Positions 8,213-17,279 of a stretch of 64,000 nucleotides of DNA are shown here, piece after piece. The first letter of the stretch is position 1; each line of letters begins with the position of its first letter. The DNA lies in assembly GCA_028865035.1 (NCBI GenBank), contig JAGWLB010000001.1, positions 99,668 to 163,667 on the forward strand, in the 5' to 3' direction. Source of the DNA: Patescibacteria group bacterium. GTDB taxonomy: Bacteria; Patescibacteriota; Minisyncoccia; Phycocordibacterales; UBA9973. A program made the translations under genes and the position numbers. The notes under the pieces were generated by a model that saw only the letters and a program-made list of their open reading frames with translations, was not told the DNA's origin and searched no databases.

Positions 8213-9973
8213 ATGAACTCTGAAACCAGAAACTGTCAAAACTGCAAGCAAGACTTCACTATTGAGCCAGATGATTTCTCTTTCTATGAGAAAATCAAAG
8301 TTCCTCCACCTACATTTTGCCCAGAGTGTAGATTTGAAAGAAGAGCTGCTTTTCGTAATGAAAATAAACTTTTCCTTGTTAAAGATGCTTTTACCAAAAA
8401 AGATATTTTTTCATTGTATCCACCAGAGGCAAATCGCAAGGTTGTAACCCAAGAAGAATGGCATAGCGACACATGGAGTGCTTTTGATTATGGAAAAGAT
8501 ATTGATTGGTCTCGACCATTTATGACTCAGGTTTTAGAACTTGAAAAAGAAGTCCCAATTTACAATCTTAATGTGCAAAGAATGTTTAATAGTCCATATT
8601 CAGGCAATGCCACAGGCTTAAAAAATTGTTATTTACTCTTCGGATCAAATGACTCAGAGAATTGTTTATATGGTAATGAGGTAGATGCTTCTAGGGATTG
8701 TGTGGATAATTCTCATATTAATAAGTCTGAGCGTTGTTATGATTGTTTTTGGATTCAGAACTGTTATCAATGTTATGGAAGTATAATGTCTGTCGATTGT
8801 AGTAATGTGTGGTTTTCTCGCGATTGCCTTAGCTGTCACGATTGTATTGGCTGTACTAATTTACGTAAATCATCATATTGTATTTTTAATAAACAATATA
8901 CTAAGGAAGAATATACAAAATTAATAAGTGACATGAACCTCAATAGTATTCTTGACTATAAGAATATGTATGAGAAATCTATAAAATTTTGGAAAACTCA
9001 GATAAATAAATACCATCAAGGTTTGAGGAATTTAGATTCAACTGGGTCGTATGTAACGGATTCAAAAAATGTTAAATATGGATATGCAATACGTGGTAGT
9101 GAAAATTTAAAATATTGCCAGCTGATGTTAGTTCCAGACAATAAAGACTGTTATGACTGTTGTATATGGGGTCAACATACTGAATTATCATACGAGACTA
9201 GTATATGCGGTGAAAATTCATATAATCTTAAATTCTGTTTTAATAGTTGGCCTTCATGTCGTGATAGTGAGTACTGTATGAATAATTTTAGCTCTGGAAA
9301 TTGTTTTGGGTGTGTTGGTTTAAAAAGTGCACAATATTGTATTTTGAATAAGCAGTATTCTAAAGAAGAATATACTAGTTTAGTTTCAAAAATAAAAAAA
9401 CATATGGATGAAGTTCCATATATTGATTCACAAGGTTTAATCTATAAATATGGTGAATTTTTCCCAATAGAATTTTCTCCGTTTGGCTATAATAATTCTT
9501 TAGCAATTCAACAATTTTCTATGAATAAAGAAGAAGCTATAAAACATGGATATCCATGGATAGAAAAAGAAAAAAATGAATATGATATATCATTAAAGTA
9601 TTCAGATTTACCACAATCTATTTCTGAAGTAGATAATAGTATTTTGAAAGAAATTATTGAATGTGAAAAATGCCATAAGGCTTATCGTATTATGCCAGAT
9701 GAACTGACTTTTTTAAAAAAAGAAAATATACCTCTTCCGACTAAGTGTGTTGAGTGCCGTTATCAGGAGCGAATATTTCACAGGTTGTCTTTTAGGCTTT
9801 ACAATAGTAGCTGCATGTGTAATGGGGTAAATGATAAAACTAATCAGTACTCCAATACAAGAATGCATACTCATGGAAGTAATGCTTGTCAAGAAATATT
9901 TATGACTGGTTATAACCCTAAGGGTGACGATATAGTTTACTGTGAAAAATGTTATCAACAAGAAGTAGTATAA
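8213..9973 (+). CDS. Cysteine-rich (about 45 Cys) internally duplicated protein with N- and C-terminal CxxC...CxxC zinc-ribbon-like modules; unknown function
   Basis: N-term CQNCKQDF..FCPECRFERR and C-term CEKCHKAY..CVECRYQER are paralogous modules. Two ~170-aa internal repeats each end in CI(F/L)NKQY(T/S)KEEYT. Cys spacing of 9-12 residues is solenoid-like. Confidence 0.5.
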   Translation: MNSETRNCQNCKQDFTIEPDDFSFYEKIKVPPPTFCPECRFERRAAFRNENKLFLVKDAFTKKDIFSLYPPEANRKVVTQEEWHSDTWSAFDYGKDIDWSRPFMTQVLELEKEVPIYNLNVQRMFNSPYSGNATGLKNCYLLFGSNDSENCLYGNEVDASRDCVDNSHINKSERCYDCFWIQNCYQCYGSIMSVDCSNVWFSRDCLSCHDCIGCTNLRKSSYCIFNKQYTKEEYTKLISDMNLNSILDYKNMYEKSIKFWKTQINKYHQGLRNLDSTGSYVTDSKNVKYGYAIRGSENLKYCQLMLVPDNKDCYDCCIWGQHTELSYETSICGENSYNLKFCFNSWPSCRDSEYCMNNFSSGNCFGCVGLKSAQYCILNKQYSKEEYTSLVSKIKKHMDEVPYIDSQGLIYKYGEFFPIEFSPFGYNNSLAIQQFSMNKEEAIKHGYPWIEKEKNEYDISLKYSDLPQSISEVDNSILKEIIECEKCHKAYRIMPDELTFLKKENIPLPTKCVECRYQERIFHRLSFRLYNSSCMCNGVNDKTNQYSNTRMHTHGSNACQEIFMTGYNPKGDDIVYCEKCYQQEVV

Positions 9974-9979
9974 TAAATT

Positions 9980-10468
9980 ATGGAAAAAATCATGACTTCA
10001 GATTTAGTTTTAGAGATTTACAGTTCTTTAGATAATATTGGAATACCTATTTGGATTGATGGTGGTTGGGCAAAGGATGCTCTTATAGGTAGACAAACAA
10101 GAGAACATAGGGATTTAGATATTGCTGTTGAAAGGAAAAACTTAGATAAATTAATTAACTATTTTGAATCTCTAAAATACAAAGAAATTCCTAGATCAGA
10201 AGAAAATAAATGGGATATTGTTTTAGGTGATGACGATAGTGAAATAGATATTCATGCTTTTGAATTTGATGATAATAGCAAGATTATAGACAAACCATAT
10301 TGGGATGCATATTCAGAGGATGCACTCAATGGTATAGGTCATATTAATGGTATTAGAGTACGGTGTGTAAATATTAATCATCTTTTGAAAACTCTCGACG
10401 AGAAGAAACGTGAATTACGTGAAAAAGATAGGCATGATTTGTCTTTACTGCTTAATTTAAAAAAGTGA
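9980..10468 (+). CDS. Small nucleotidyltransferase of the ANT(2'')/AadB-like family
   Basis: IPIWIDGGWAKDALIGRQTREHRDLDI closely parallels the ANT(2'')-Ia motif LPLWIGGGWAIDARLGRVTRKHDDIDL; ~160 aa, like AadB. Confidence 0.6.
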   Translation: MEKIMTSDLVLEIYSSLDNIGIPIWIDGGWAKDALIGRQTREHRDLDIAVERKNLDKLINYFESLKYKEIPRSEENKWDIVLGDDDSEIDIHAFEFDDNSKIIDKPYWDAYSEDALNGIGHINGIRVRCVNINHLLKTLDEKKRELREKDRHDLSLLLNLKK

Positions 10469-10524
10469 TATCTTTATTCTTATTTAATATTTTTTCAACA
10501 TAATAGCCGAAGTTCTTGTAGTAT

Positions 10525-10920
10525 ATGGGTCCTAAAAATGATTTAAATTGGTATAATACCATTATGAATAAACTAACCGATGAAGAAAAGAAAGTTATAA
10601 TCGATAAAGGAACCGAGGCTCCTTTTGTCGGTGAATATGTAAATAATAAAGAGACAGGGGTTTATGTCTGTAAACAATGTGGATCACCTTTATATAATTC
10701 AAAAGATAAATTTGAATCTACTTGTGGTTGGCCAAGCTTTGATGATGAGATTAGTGGCGCTGTGAATAAAAGTCTAGATGCCGATGGAATAAGGACTGAA
10801 ATAACTTGCGCTAAATGTGGTGGACACCTAGGGCACTTGTTCAAAGGAGAACATTATACAGACAAAGATGTTAGACATTGTGTGAACTCTATATCATTAA
10901 AATTTATCCCGGGAAAATAA
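10525..10920 (+). CDS. msrB: Peptide methionine sulfoxide reductase MsrB
   Basis: [10 protein letters not shown]; CxxC pairs CKQCGSPL and [12 protein letters not shown]; RHCVNS catalytic Cys region. Confidence 0.85.
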   Translation: MGPKNDLNWYNTIMNKLTDEEKKVIIDKGTEAPFVGEYVNNKETGVYVCKQCGSPLYNSKDKFESTCGWPSFDDEISGAVNKSLDADGIRTEITCAKCGGHLGHLFKGEHYTDKDVRHCVNSISLKFIPGK

Positions 10921-10923
10921 TAT

Positions 10924-11409
10924 ATGATTAAAAAGGCAATATTTGCAGGTGGCTGTTTCTGGGGATTACAAGATTTAATACGTAAAGAACCAGGTGTAGT
11001 CAAAACACAAGTCGGCTACACTGGTGGTGTCGTAGATAATCCTACTTATGAGAATCATACAGGTCACGCCGAGGCTGTAGAGATAGAGTATGACACAGAG
11101 AAAACATCTTATAAGCAACTTCTAAATTTCTTTTTCCAGATTCATAATCCGACAACTTTAAATCAACAGGGGAATGATCGGGGTACTTCATATAGATCAG
11201 CAATATTTTATAGTAATGAAGAAGAAAAAAAAGAAGCCGAAGATTTTATTGATATTGTAAATAAATCTAAAAGATGGAAGGATCCAGTAGTCACAAGCCT
11301 TGAGCGATTTACAAAATTCTGGCCAGCAGAAGACTACCATCAAGATTATCTTCAGAAAAATCCAGGAGGATATACTTGTCACGCCATATGGTTTGATAGT
11401 TATATATAA
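10924..11409 (+). CDS. msrA: Peptide methionine sulfoxide reductase MsrA
   Basis: GCFWG active-site motif near the N-terminus; downstream YHQDYL. Confidence 0.85.
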   Translation: MIKKAIFAGGCFWGLQDLIRKEPGVVKTQVGYTGGVVDNPTYENHTGHAEAVEIEYDTEKTSYKQLLNFFFQIHNPTTLNQQGNDRGTSYRSAIFYSNEEEKKEAEDFIDIVNKSKRWKDPVVTSLERFTKFWPAEDYHQDYLQKNPGGYTCHAIWFDSYI

Positions 11410-11456
11410 GTTTATTTATAATGTTGATAATTTTCTTGCAAAAATATTAATCCAAG

Positions 11457-11894
11457 ATGTACAATGAATATATGAATAATAAAAATACACATTTTATAAG
11501 AGAATTATCAAAATTCTTTTCTGGGTTAGTCGTAGCTGATATACTAGTAGGTATTTGGGTCGGTTCAGGCCAGGGTTATGGAAGTATCTTCCTGGGTATG
11601 CCTCTAACTCAGCCACTCATAAATATCTGGATTGTTATAGATGTTGCCCTACTACTGCTTCTTCTTCATTATGCTTGGCATATTGATTTACCACCTTCAC
11701 GTATACACAAAGTTTTCTACACCACAGTCGGAGTTCTTCTTGCGATTGTAGCTTTACTACACTTCCTTCGCGTTGCATTTTCTGTGCCTTTGATTATAGG
11801 AGGTATCTCGATGCCTCAATGGCTTAGTGTTATCGGTGCTATTATTACAGGATTCCTTGCTTATGCAAGTTTCCATTTCGCAAACAGAAAGTAG
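11457..11894 (+). CDS. Polytopic membrane protein, unknown function
   Basis: 4 predicted TM helices, no motif. Confidence 0.4.
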   Translation: MYNEYMNNKNTHFIRELSKFFSGLVVADILVGIWVGSGQGYGSIFLGMPLTQPLINIWIVIDVALLLLLLHYAWHIDLPPSRIHKVFYTTVGVLLAIVALLHFLRVAFSVPLIIGGISMPQWLSVIGAIITGFLAYASFHFANRK

Positions 11895-11897
11895 CAT

Positions 11898-13001
11898 ATG
11901 AAATTCCTTAAACTTACAGCTTTATCACTCTTAGGTTTTTTAGCTGTATTTTTCAGCGCATCTGCACACGAAGCATATGTTCTTCCATATAATGATTTCT
12001 GGAGTGGATTGCATAAACCGTTTAGCGGTCACGCTTTTGATGCTCTAAAGAATCCAAATAATATTCGCATAACTATCATAATTGTTTTATCTGTCTGGAT
12101 ACTCTTAGGTTTGAACTTTCTTTTTCTTCGAAGTTCTGCTGGTAGGAAAGCACAGGCTTTTCTTGAAAGATATTCTCACTTTGGTCCACACTTTGTGCGT
12201 ATCACTATAGCTATCGCTTTTCTTTTTTCTGCATTAAGCAATAGTTTCCTAGGGCCTGAATTACATGGAAATTTATTCCCATATCCACATTTACTACAGA
12301 TAGCTCTAATTGCTATCAGTATTATGATTGCAATCGGTTTTATGACAGAGCTCGCAGCTTTAGCTGGCATTATAATATTCATTATGAGTTTTTTTATATT
12401 TGGTCCATATGTATTTACTTACTTGAATTACTTAGGAGAACTCATCGTCTTATTCCTTTTTGGAATGCGTGTCTTTTCTTTAGATAAATATATTTTTGGA
12501 CCTTTGCACCGTTTTAAAAATTTTGAAAAATATGAGACCGTGATCGTACGAATACTATACGGTATAGCCCTTATCTATGCGGCCATTACAGTAAAGCTTC
12601 TTCATCCCGATCTAACAGTAAGTGTCGTAAATGCTTGGCATCTAACAAAGTTCCACTGGCTTTTCCCCTCAGATCCACTCTTGGTTACTTTTGGCGCGGG
12701 AATAGTAGAATCTATAATAGGACTATTTATAATATTTGGTTTTGAGATGCGTTTGACTATACTCATAAGTCTTTTTTATATTACACTTTCGCTTTTATAT
12801 TTCAGAGAATTAGTCTGGCCTCATTTACTTCTATACGGTATATCTATAAGCTTACTCGTCCAGCCAGAAATCTTTACACTTGATCACTTAATTTCTAAAG
12901 AACATCGTAAAACAAAAGCATGGTGGAAAAGGCCATTTTCTCCATATCATCAAGTTGGTAAAAGTAGTGTGTCAATTAAAGATATCAGCACAAATAAATA
13001 G
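11898..13001 (+). CDS. Polytopic membrane protein, possibly DoxX/HTTM-like; unknown function
   Basis: Signal-like N-terminus plus about 8 TM helices; starts 4 nt after the previous gene's stop. Confidence 0.4.
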   Translation: MKFLKLTALSLLGFLAVFFSASAHEAYVLPYNDFWSGLHKPFSGHAFDALKNPNNIRITIIIVLSVWILLGLNFLFLRSSAGRKAQAFLERYSHFGPHFVRITIAIAFLFSALSNSFLGPELHGNLFPYPHLLQIALIAISIMIAIGFMTELAALAGIIIFIMSFFIFGPYVFTYLNYLGELIVLFLFGMRVFSLDKYIFGPLHRFKNFEKYETVIVRILYGIALIYAAITVKLLHPDLTVSVVNAWHLTKFHWLFPSDPLLVTFGAGIVESIIGLFIIFGFEMRLTILISLFYITLSLLYFRELVWPHLLLYGISISLLVQPEIFTLDHLISKEHRKTKAWWKRPFSPYHQVGKSSVSIKDISTNK

Positions 13002-13083
13002 ACAGATAATTTTTGTAAATTTTTTGTAAAGAATTGTCTCGTTTTTGTTGTGTACATATATTCTGTGTGATAGCATATACCAT

Positions 13084-13578
13084 ATGAATAAAAAGATAAT
13101 TATTGGTAGTGTTTTGGGGATTATTATTATAATATTATTTATTAACCATCGTTCTAAAGTAAATACAACACCAACACCTGCTGTTGCAACTACAACTCAA
13201 GCAAGTACTAATCCGCAAGTCGCTTCTTCAAGTGCCTCATCTAGTAGTGTTCCACCCCTTATGCAAAGTACGAATCAATTGTTTTCTAAGTATAAATACA
13301 AAGCTCAATCATATGAACTTTTCCCATTATTAAGTCCAAATGCAAAGAAAGCCCTAGGTGCTTTTACTTACACAAAAACAGATTTGGGTAATGATATGTA
13401 TAAGTTCACTCTCGTAAATAAAGCAGAAGGATACAAAGGTCAAAGTGTGACAGTGAGTGGTGATCAATTTGTATATTTCGTAGAGCCATCTAAGGCTGAT
13501 GATAGTGTTTATGAAGATTCAGTCACGACTGATGATGTATTAATAGCTGTTGATGCGCAAGACTATATTCTAAAATAA
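13084..13578 (+). CDS. Signal-anchored hypothetical protein with a Thr/Ser-rich linker
   Basis: ATG at 13084 (MNKKIIIGSVLG...) preferred over the TTG at 13045. Confidence 0.4.
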   Translation: MNKKIIIGSVLGIIIIILFINHRSKVNTTPTPAVATTTQASTNPQVASSSASSSSVPPLMQSTNQLFSKYKYKAQSYELFPLLSPNAKKALGAFTYTKTDLGNDMYKFTLVNKAEGYKGQSVTVSGDQFVYFVEPSKADDSVYEDSVTTDDVLIAVDAQDYILK

Positions 13579-13585
13579 TAAATTT

Positions 13586-13975
13586 ATGAAGTCTATTTTA
13601 CGTCTTGTAATGAGTCCAGAGAACATACTGAGTTATGCTATCGGTTTTGTTGTTGTCTGGTTTGGATTGCACGAGATGTTTAACCCTCAAGATTGGGTGA
13701 CTTTTGCTCCTCCTTTTTTAGGCGATGGTGCACTTGCCAATAATCTTGTCGTTCTTCACGGTATCATACTTACAAGTTGTGGAATACTTCTTTTTATTAA
13801 TTCTTATAGGCATGTTGTATCAATAATTCTTTCCCTAGTATTTATAGAAATTATTTTAACTCTTGTGACTCAGACTGGGCTCTCTGATATAGCTGTACGC
13901 GATATTGGGTTATTCGGAATGGCTATAAGTTTATTCTTTGTGGTTTTCGAAAGAAGGAAAGTGTTACCTAAATAA
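13586..13975 (+). CDS. Small DoxX-like membrane protein
   Basis: 3-4 TM helices, GLHEMFNPQDW; weak resemblance to DoxX. Confidence 0.35.
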   Translation: MKSILRLVMSPENILSYAIGFVVVWFGLHEMFNPQDWVTFAPPFLGDGALANNLVVLHGIILTSCGILLFINSYRHVVSIILSLVFIEIILTLVTQTGLSDIAVRDIGLFGMAISLFFVVFERRKVLPK

Positions 13976-14006
13976 AAAAATGGAAGAACAAAGTCTTCCA
14001 TTTGGT
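13974..14006. terminator. Bidirectional terminator hairpin between convergent genes
   Basis: AAATGGAAGA-ACAAAG-TCTTCCATTT, a 10-bp stem flanked by an A-run and a T-rich tract. Confidence 0.65.
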
Positions 14007-14020
14007 TAGTTATTTGGTTT

Positions 14021-14542
14021 TTATTTAAGATTAAATTTAATTAACCTTTCAATCTCCTTTACAACATAATGGTTTTCGATAGATTTAAATCTATTATCAC
14101 CAAGAGTGTCTTCAAGTTCATTTAAATCTCTTTCTACACAATTTAATATTAACCATGACAAATATTCGTCCTGGAGTTCGTTTTTCAATCCAGCAGTAGC
14201 TATAACAACCACGTTTGAACGAAGAGCCCCGCCTAAGGATTTCTCACCATCATTGTCGTTATTTAGAAATATTGAACGGCATATATTGTGAGGTGCTTTT
14301 ATAAGCTTTATTGCTTTAGCCTCAGCTTTACGAACTGTTTCAAAACTTTTACCTTTTTTCCCAAAATAGTGAGATCTAACAAAGTCACCATTTATACATA
14401 AAGCTATACCTATTGTTACATCTTGGTATATAAGATTCTTAGCATAATGAGTTTTTTCTTTGTTGATATTATTAATTGCTTTCTGGATTAAATTACCACC
14501 ATTTATTGAATGGAGGATATTATTAATAATTTTAACGTTCAT
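14021..14542 (-). CDS. GlcG/HbpS-like (DUF336) protein with a C-terminal extension
   Basis: GGALRSNVVVIATAGLKNELQDEYLS parallels the GlcG GGxPVVVDGQVVGAVGVSG..QDAQVA region; DVTIGIALCINGDFV parallels SVSIAVADDGGHLL. Confidence 0.45.
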   Translation of the reverse strand: MNVKIINNILHSINGGNLIQKAINNINKEKTHYAKNLIYQDVTIGIALCINGDFVRSHYFGKKGKSFETVRKAEAKAIKLIKAPHNICRSIFLNNDNDGEKSLGGALRSNVVVIATAGLKNELQDEYLSWLILNCVERDLNELEDTLGDNRFKSIENHYVVKEIERLIKFNLK

Positions 14543-14685
14543 TTTCTTAATGGGTTTATTTGTTTTTGAATTTTATTATTTACTGCATTATAATTCATAA
14601 ATATGATTATGTCAAATCAATATACAAAAAAACATATAGTTGATATAATAAATGCACAACTGTTTTTAATTAATTTAAATATAAA

Positions 14686-15084
14686 ATGAAAGGTTTTAAA
14701 CAATTTATTCTTCGAGGTAACATGGTCGATCTAGCCGTTGGTGTGGTCGTCGGGGCTGCTTTTGGGGCTGTGGTGAAATCATTGGTCGAGAATATTATTA
14801 CTCCATTTATAGGAGCAATTGTTAAGGCTCCAGATTTTTCAGCTCTTACTTTTACTATCAATGGCAGTAAATTTAACTATGGAAATTTCTTAAATGCACT
14901 TATATCATTTTTAATAATATCGACTGTGATATATTTCTTTGTGATCCTACCAATAAATACTCTTGTGGCTAGAGCTAAGAAAGAAAATAATATTGATCCA
15001 ACTACAAAGAAATGCAAAGAGTGTATGAGTGATATACCTATTGGTGCTCATAGGTGTCTTTATTGTACATCGGTTGTAGATTAA
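14686..15084 (+). CDS. mscL: Large-conductance mechanosensitive channel MscL with a C-terminal Cys4 zinc-ribbon tail
   Basis: FKQFILRGNMVDLAVGVVVGAAFG...NIITPFIG is the MscL signature; the tail CKECMSDIPIGAHRCLYC replaces the usual C-terminal helix. Confidence 0.85.
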   Translation: MKGFKQFILRGNMVDLAVGVVVGAAFGAVVKSLVENIITPFIGAIVKAPDFSALTFTINGSKFNYGNFLNALISFLIISTVIYFFVILPINTLVARAKKENNIDPTTKKCKECMSDIPIGAHRCLYCTSVVD

Positions 15085-15096
15085 TCTTTTATATTA

Positions 15097-15588
15097 ATGA
15101 AAAAAATTAAGAAAAAAAAAGGACAAGTCTCTAAAATTTCTAAAAATAAAAAACCTAAAATTGTAATGGTTAGCGGAGGTTTTGATCCTATACACATAGG
15201 ACACATACGATATTTTCAGGCCGCCAAGAAACTAGGTGATAAATTAATTGTCGTTCTAAACAATGACAACTGGTTTAAGGTTAAAGGGAAGCATGTATTT
15301 ATGCATGACAAAGAGCGCAAAGAAATAATAGAATCACTTTCCTGTGTTGATAAGGTTGTCATATCTTCTCATCCTAAAAATACAAAAGATATAAGTGTTT
15401 GCAAAGAAATATCGAAAATTAAACCAGACATTTTTGCAAATGGGGGAGACCGTTTCGCACACAATATTCCAGAATTTAAATTGTGTAATGATCTAGATAT
15501 TAAAATGGTTTTTAATGTAGGAAAAGGAGGGAAGATCAGAAGCTCATCAGAATTATTGAAAGCTTATTCTAAGCATATTAAAAAATAA
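15097..15588 (+). CDS. Cytidylyltransferase-fold nucleotidyltransferase, HldE domain II / RfaE-like (heptose-1-phosphate adenylyltransferase-like)
   Basis: SGGFDPIHIGHIRYFQAAKKLGDKLIVVLNND parallels HldE GCFDILHAGHVSYL..LGDRLIVAVNSD. Confidence 0.65.
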   Translation: MKKIKKKKGQVSKISKNKKPKIVMVSGGFDPIHIGHIRYFQAAKKLGDKLIVVLNNDNWFKVKGKHVFMHDKERKEIIESLSCVDKVVISSHPKNTKDISVCKEISKIKPDIFANGGDRFAHNIPEFKLCNDLDIKMVFNVGKGGKIRSSSELLKAYSKHIKK

Positions 15589-15598
15589 TTTATATATT

Positions 15599-16261
15599 AT
15601 GGATATCAAACACATTTATTTCCCAAAGCAAATACTAATACTACTTCTGTTAGCTGTAATCTTAAATATTGGCCGCGTTCTTATATTTCACTCAAATTAC
15701 TTTATCTATCTTATCTGGAATATATTCTTGGCAGTCATACCTTTTATCTTAAGCTCAGTACTTCTTTGGTATGCTAATAACAAAAAGTTAAATAAAACAT
15801 TATTGATTATCGGTGGTGTATTCTGGTTATTATTAATACCAAATGCTCCTTATATTATTACTGACATTATCCACCTAAATCATAACCATATACCATCCTT
15901 GCTTTATGATACATTTTTAGTATTTTCTTCGGCTTGGGTTGGTTTGCTTTTAGGAATGTATTCGATTTCACATATAGAGAAGATTATACATATTAAATAT
16001 AATAATAAGACGACATCATTGATTATTGCCTTTATTATGTTAACTACATCTTTTGGAATGTATTTAGGTAGATTTATGAGATTTAATAGTTGGGATATTT
16101 TCTCAAATACATCGTATTTCTTTACAAATATATTTCGTATTATCCTGAAACCATATAATTATGTCGATGCTTATTTATACACCTTATTATTCTTTGTATT
16201 TATATATGTATCTTATAAAGCATGGAAATACTCTCTAATAGAACAGAAAAGTAACACTTAA
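15599..16261 (+). CDS. Polytopic membrane protein, unknown function
   Basis: 6 predicted TM helices. Confidence 0.4.
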   Translation: MDIKHIYFPKQILILLLLAVILNIGRVLIFHSNYFIYLIWNIFLAVIPFILSSVLLWYANNKKLNKTLLIIGGVFWLLLIPNAPYIITDIIHLNHNHIPSLLYDTFLVFSSAWVGLLLGMYSISHIEKIIHIKYNNKTTSLIIAFIMLTTSFGMYLGRFMRFNSWDIFSNTSYFFTNIFRIILKPYNYVDAYLYTLLFFVFIYVSYKAWKYSLIEQKSNT

Positions 16262-16314
16262 TTCATATTGTTTGTGTTATAATATAATCATTATTAGTTC
16301 TAATATTTTTATAT

Positions 16315-16866
16315 ATGAATCATATTCAATACGAAGAGGCTCCAGTAGCAAAATTTATTTTTGGTAATACAAAAATGTCTTGGCTATGGTTAATCGCTAG
16401 GCTATACGTTGGTTGGGAATGGCTCCAAGCTGGTCTAAGTAAATTCAATGGTCAAGGTTGGATAGGGGACGGTGCTGGTAATGCACTTTCTGGTTTTATT
16501 AAAGGTGCTTTGTCTAAAACTGTCGGCGAACACCCAGATGTTTCTGGTTGGTATGGATCATTTCTTGAAAATGTAGTTCTTCCACACGCTTCTCTATGGT
16601 CTCATTTAGTGACTTACGGCGAAATTCTAGTAGGAGTTGCCCTTATCTTGGGTGTCTTCACGGGTATTGCTGCATTTTTTGGATTATTTATGAATTTAAA
16701 TTTTATGCTAGCTGGGTCACTTAGTGTAAATCCTATTTTATTTACACTTAGCATCGGACTAGTTCTTGCTTGGAAAATCGCCGGTGAAATAGGTATAGAT
16801 AGATACTTACTTCCAGCCCTTGGGACATATTGGCAACCTGGGAAAATATTCCAGCCAAAAGTATAA
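16315..16866 (+). CDS. DoxX-family membrane protein
   Basis: WLIARLYVGWEWLQAGLSKF... with a 4-TM DoxX-like layout. Confidence 0.5.
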   Translation: MNHIQYEEAPVAKFIFGNTKMSWLWLIARLYVGWEWLQAGLSKFNGQGWIGDGAGNALSGFIKGALSKTVGEHPDVSGWYGSFLENVVLPHASLWSHLVTYGEILVGVALILGVFTGIAAFFGLFMNLNFMLAGSLSVNPILFTLSIGLVLAWKIAGEIGIDRYLLPALGTYWQPGKIFQPKV

Positions 16867-16920
16867 TAGCATTTTCCTTGTTAACAATTCGAAAATAATA
16901 TTCTATGTTATAATCTACGC

Positions 16921-17274
16921 ATGGAATATAAAATAGACATCTATCAAGAAGAAAGACCTTGGGGTAATTTTCGAAGATTCACTAATAATACTCCATCCAC
17001 AGTGAAAATAATTACCATAAACCCCGGTGAATCCTTGAGTTTACAGAGCCACAAAGAAAGATCAGAATTCTGGAAAGTGACAGGCGGAGGTGGTGTGTGT
17101 GAAGTAAATGGTGAAAAGCATAATTTTAATATTGGAGATGAAAAGCTAATACCAGTAGGTGCCAAACATAGAATAATAGCAGGAGATAAAGGTATTGAAG
17201 TTCTTGAAATAGCTTTAGGGAATTTCAATGAAGAAGACATTGTTAGATATGAAGATAAATATGGGCGTGTATAA
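16921..17274 (+). CDS. Cupin-domain protein resembling the C-terminal domain of type II mannose-6-phosphate isomerase
   Basis: ERPWGNF...VKIITINPGESLSLQSHKERSEFWKV...IPVGAKHRI...DIVRYEDKYGR. Confidence 0.65.
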   Translation: MEYKIDIYQEERPWGNFRRFTNNTPSTVKIITINPGESLSLQSHKERSEFWKVTGGGGVCEVNGEKHNFNIGDEKLIPVGAKHRIIAGDKGIEVLEIALGNFNEEDIVRYEDKYGRV

Positions 17275-17279
17275 AAATT

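Noticed and set aside
10469-10524. Integron attC (59-be) downstream of the ANT(2'')-like gene
   Set aside because: No imperfect inverted repeat with GTTRRRY core and no intI nearby. The 56-nt spacer is plain AT-rich sequence.
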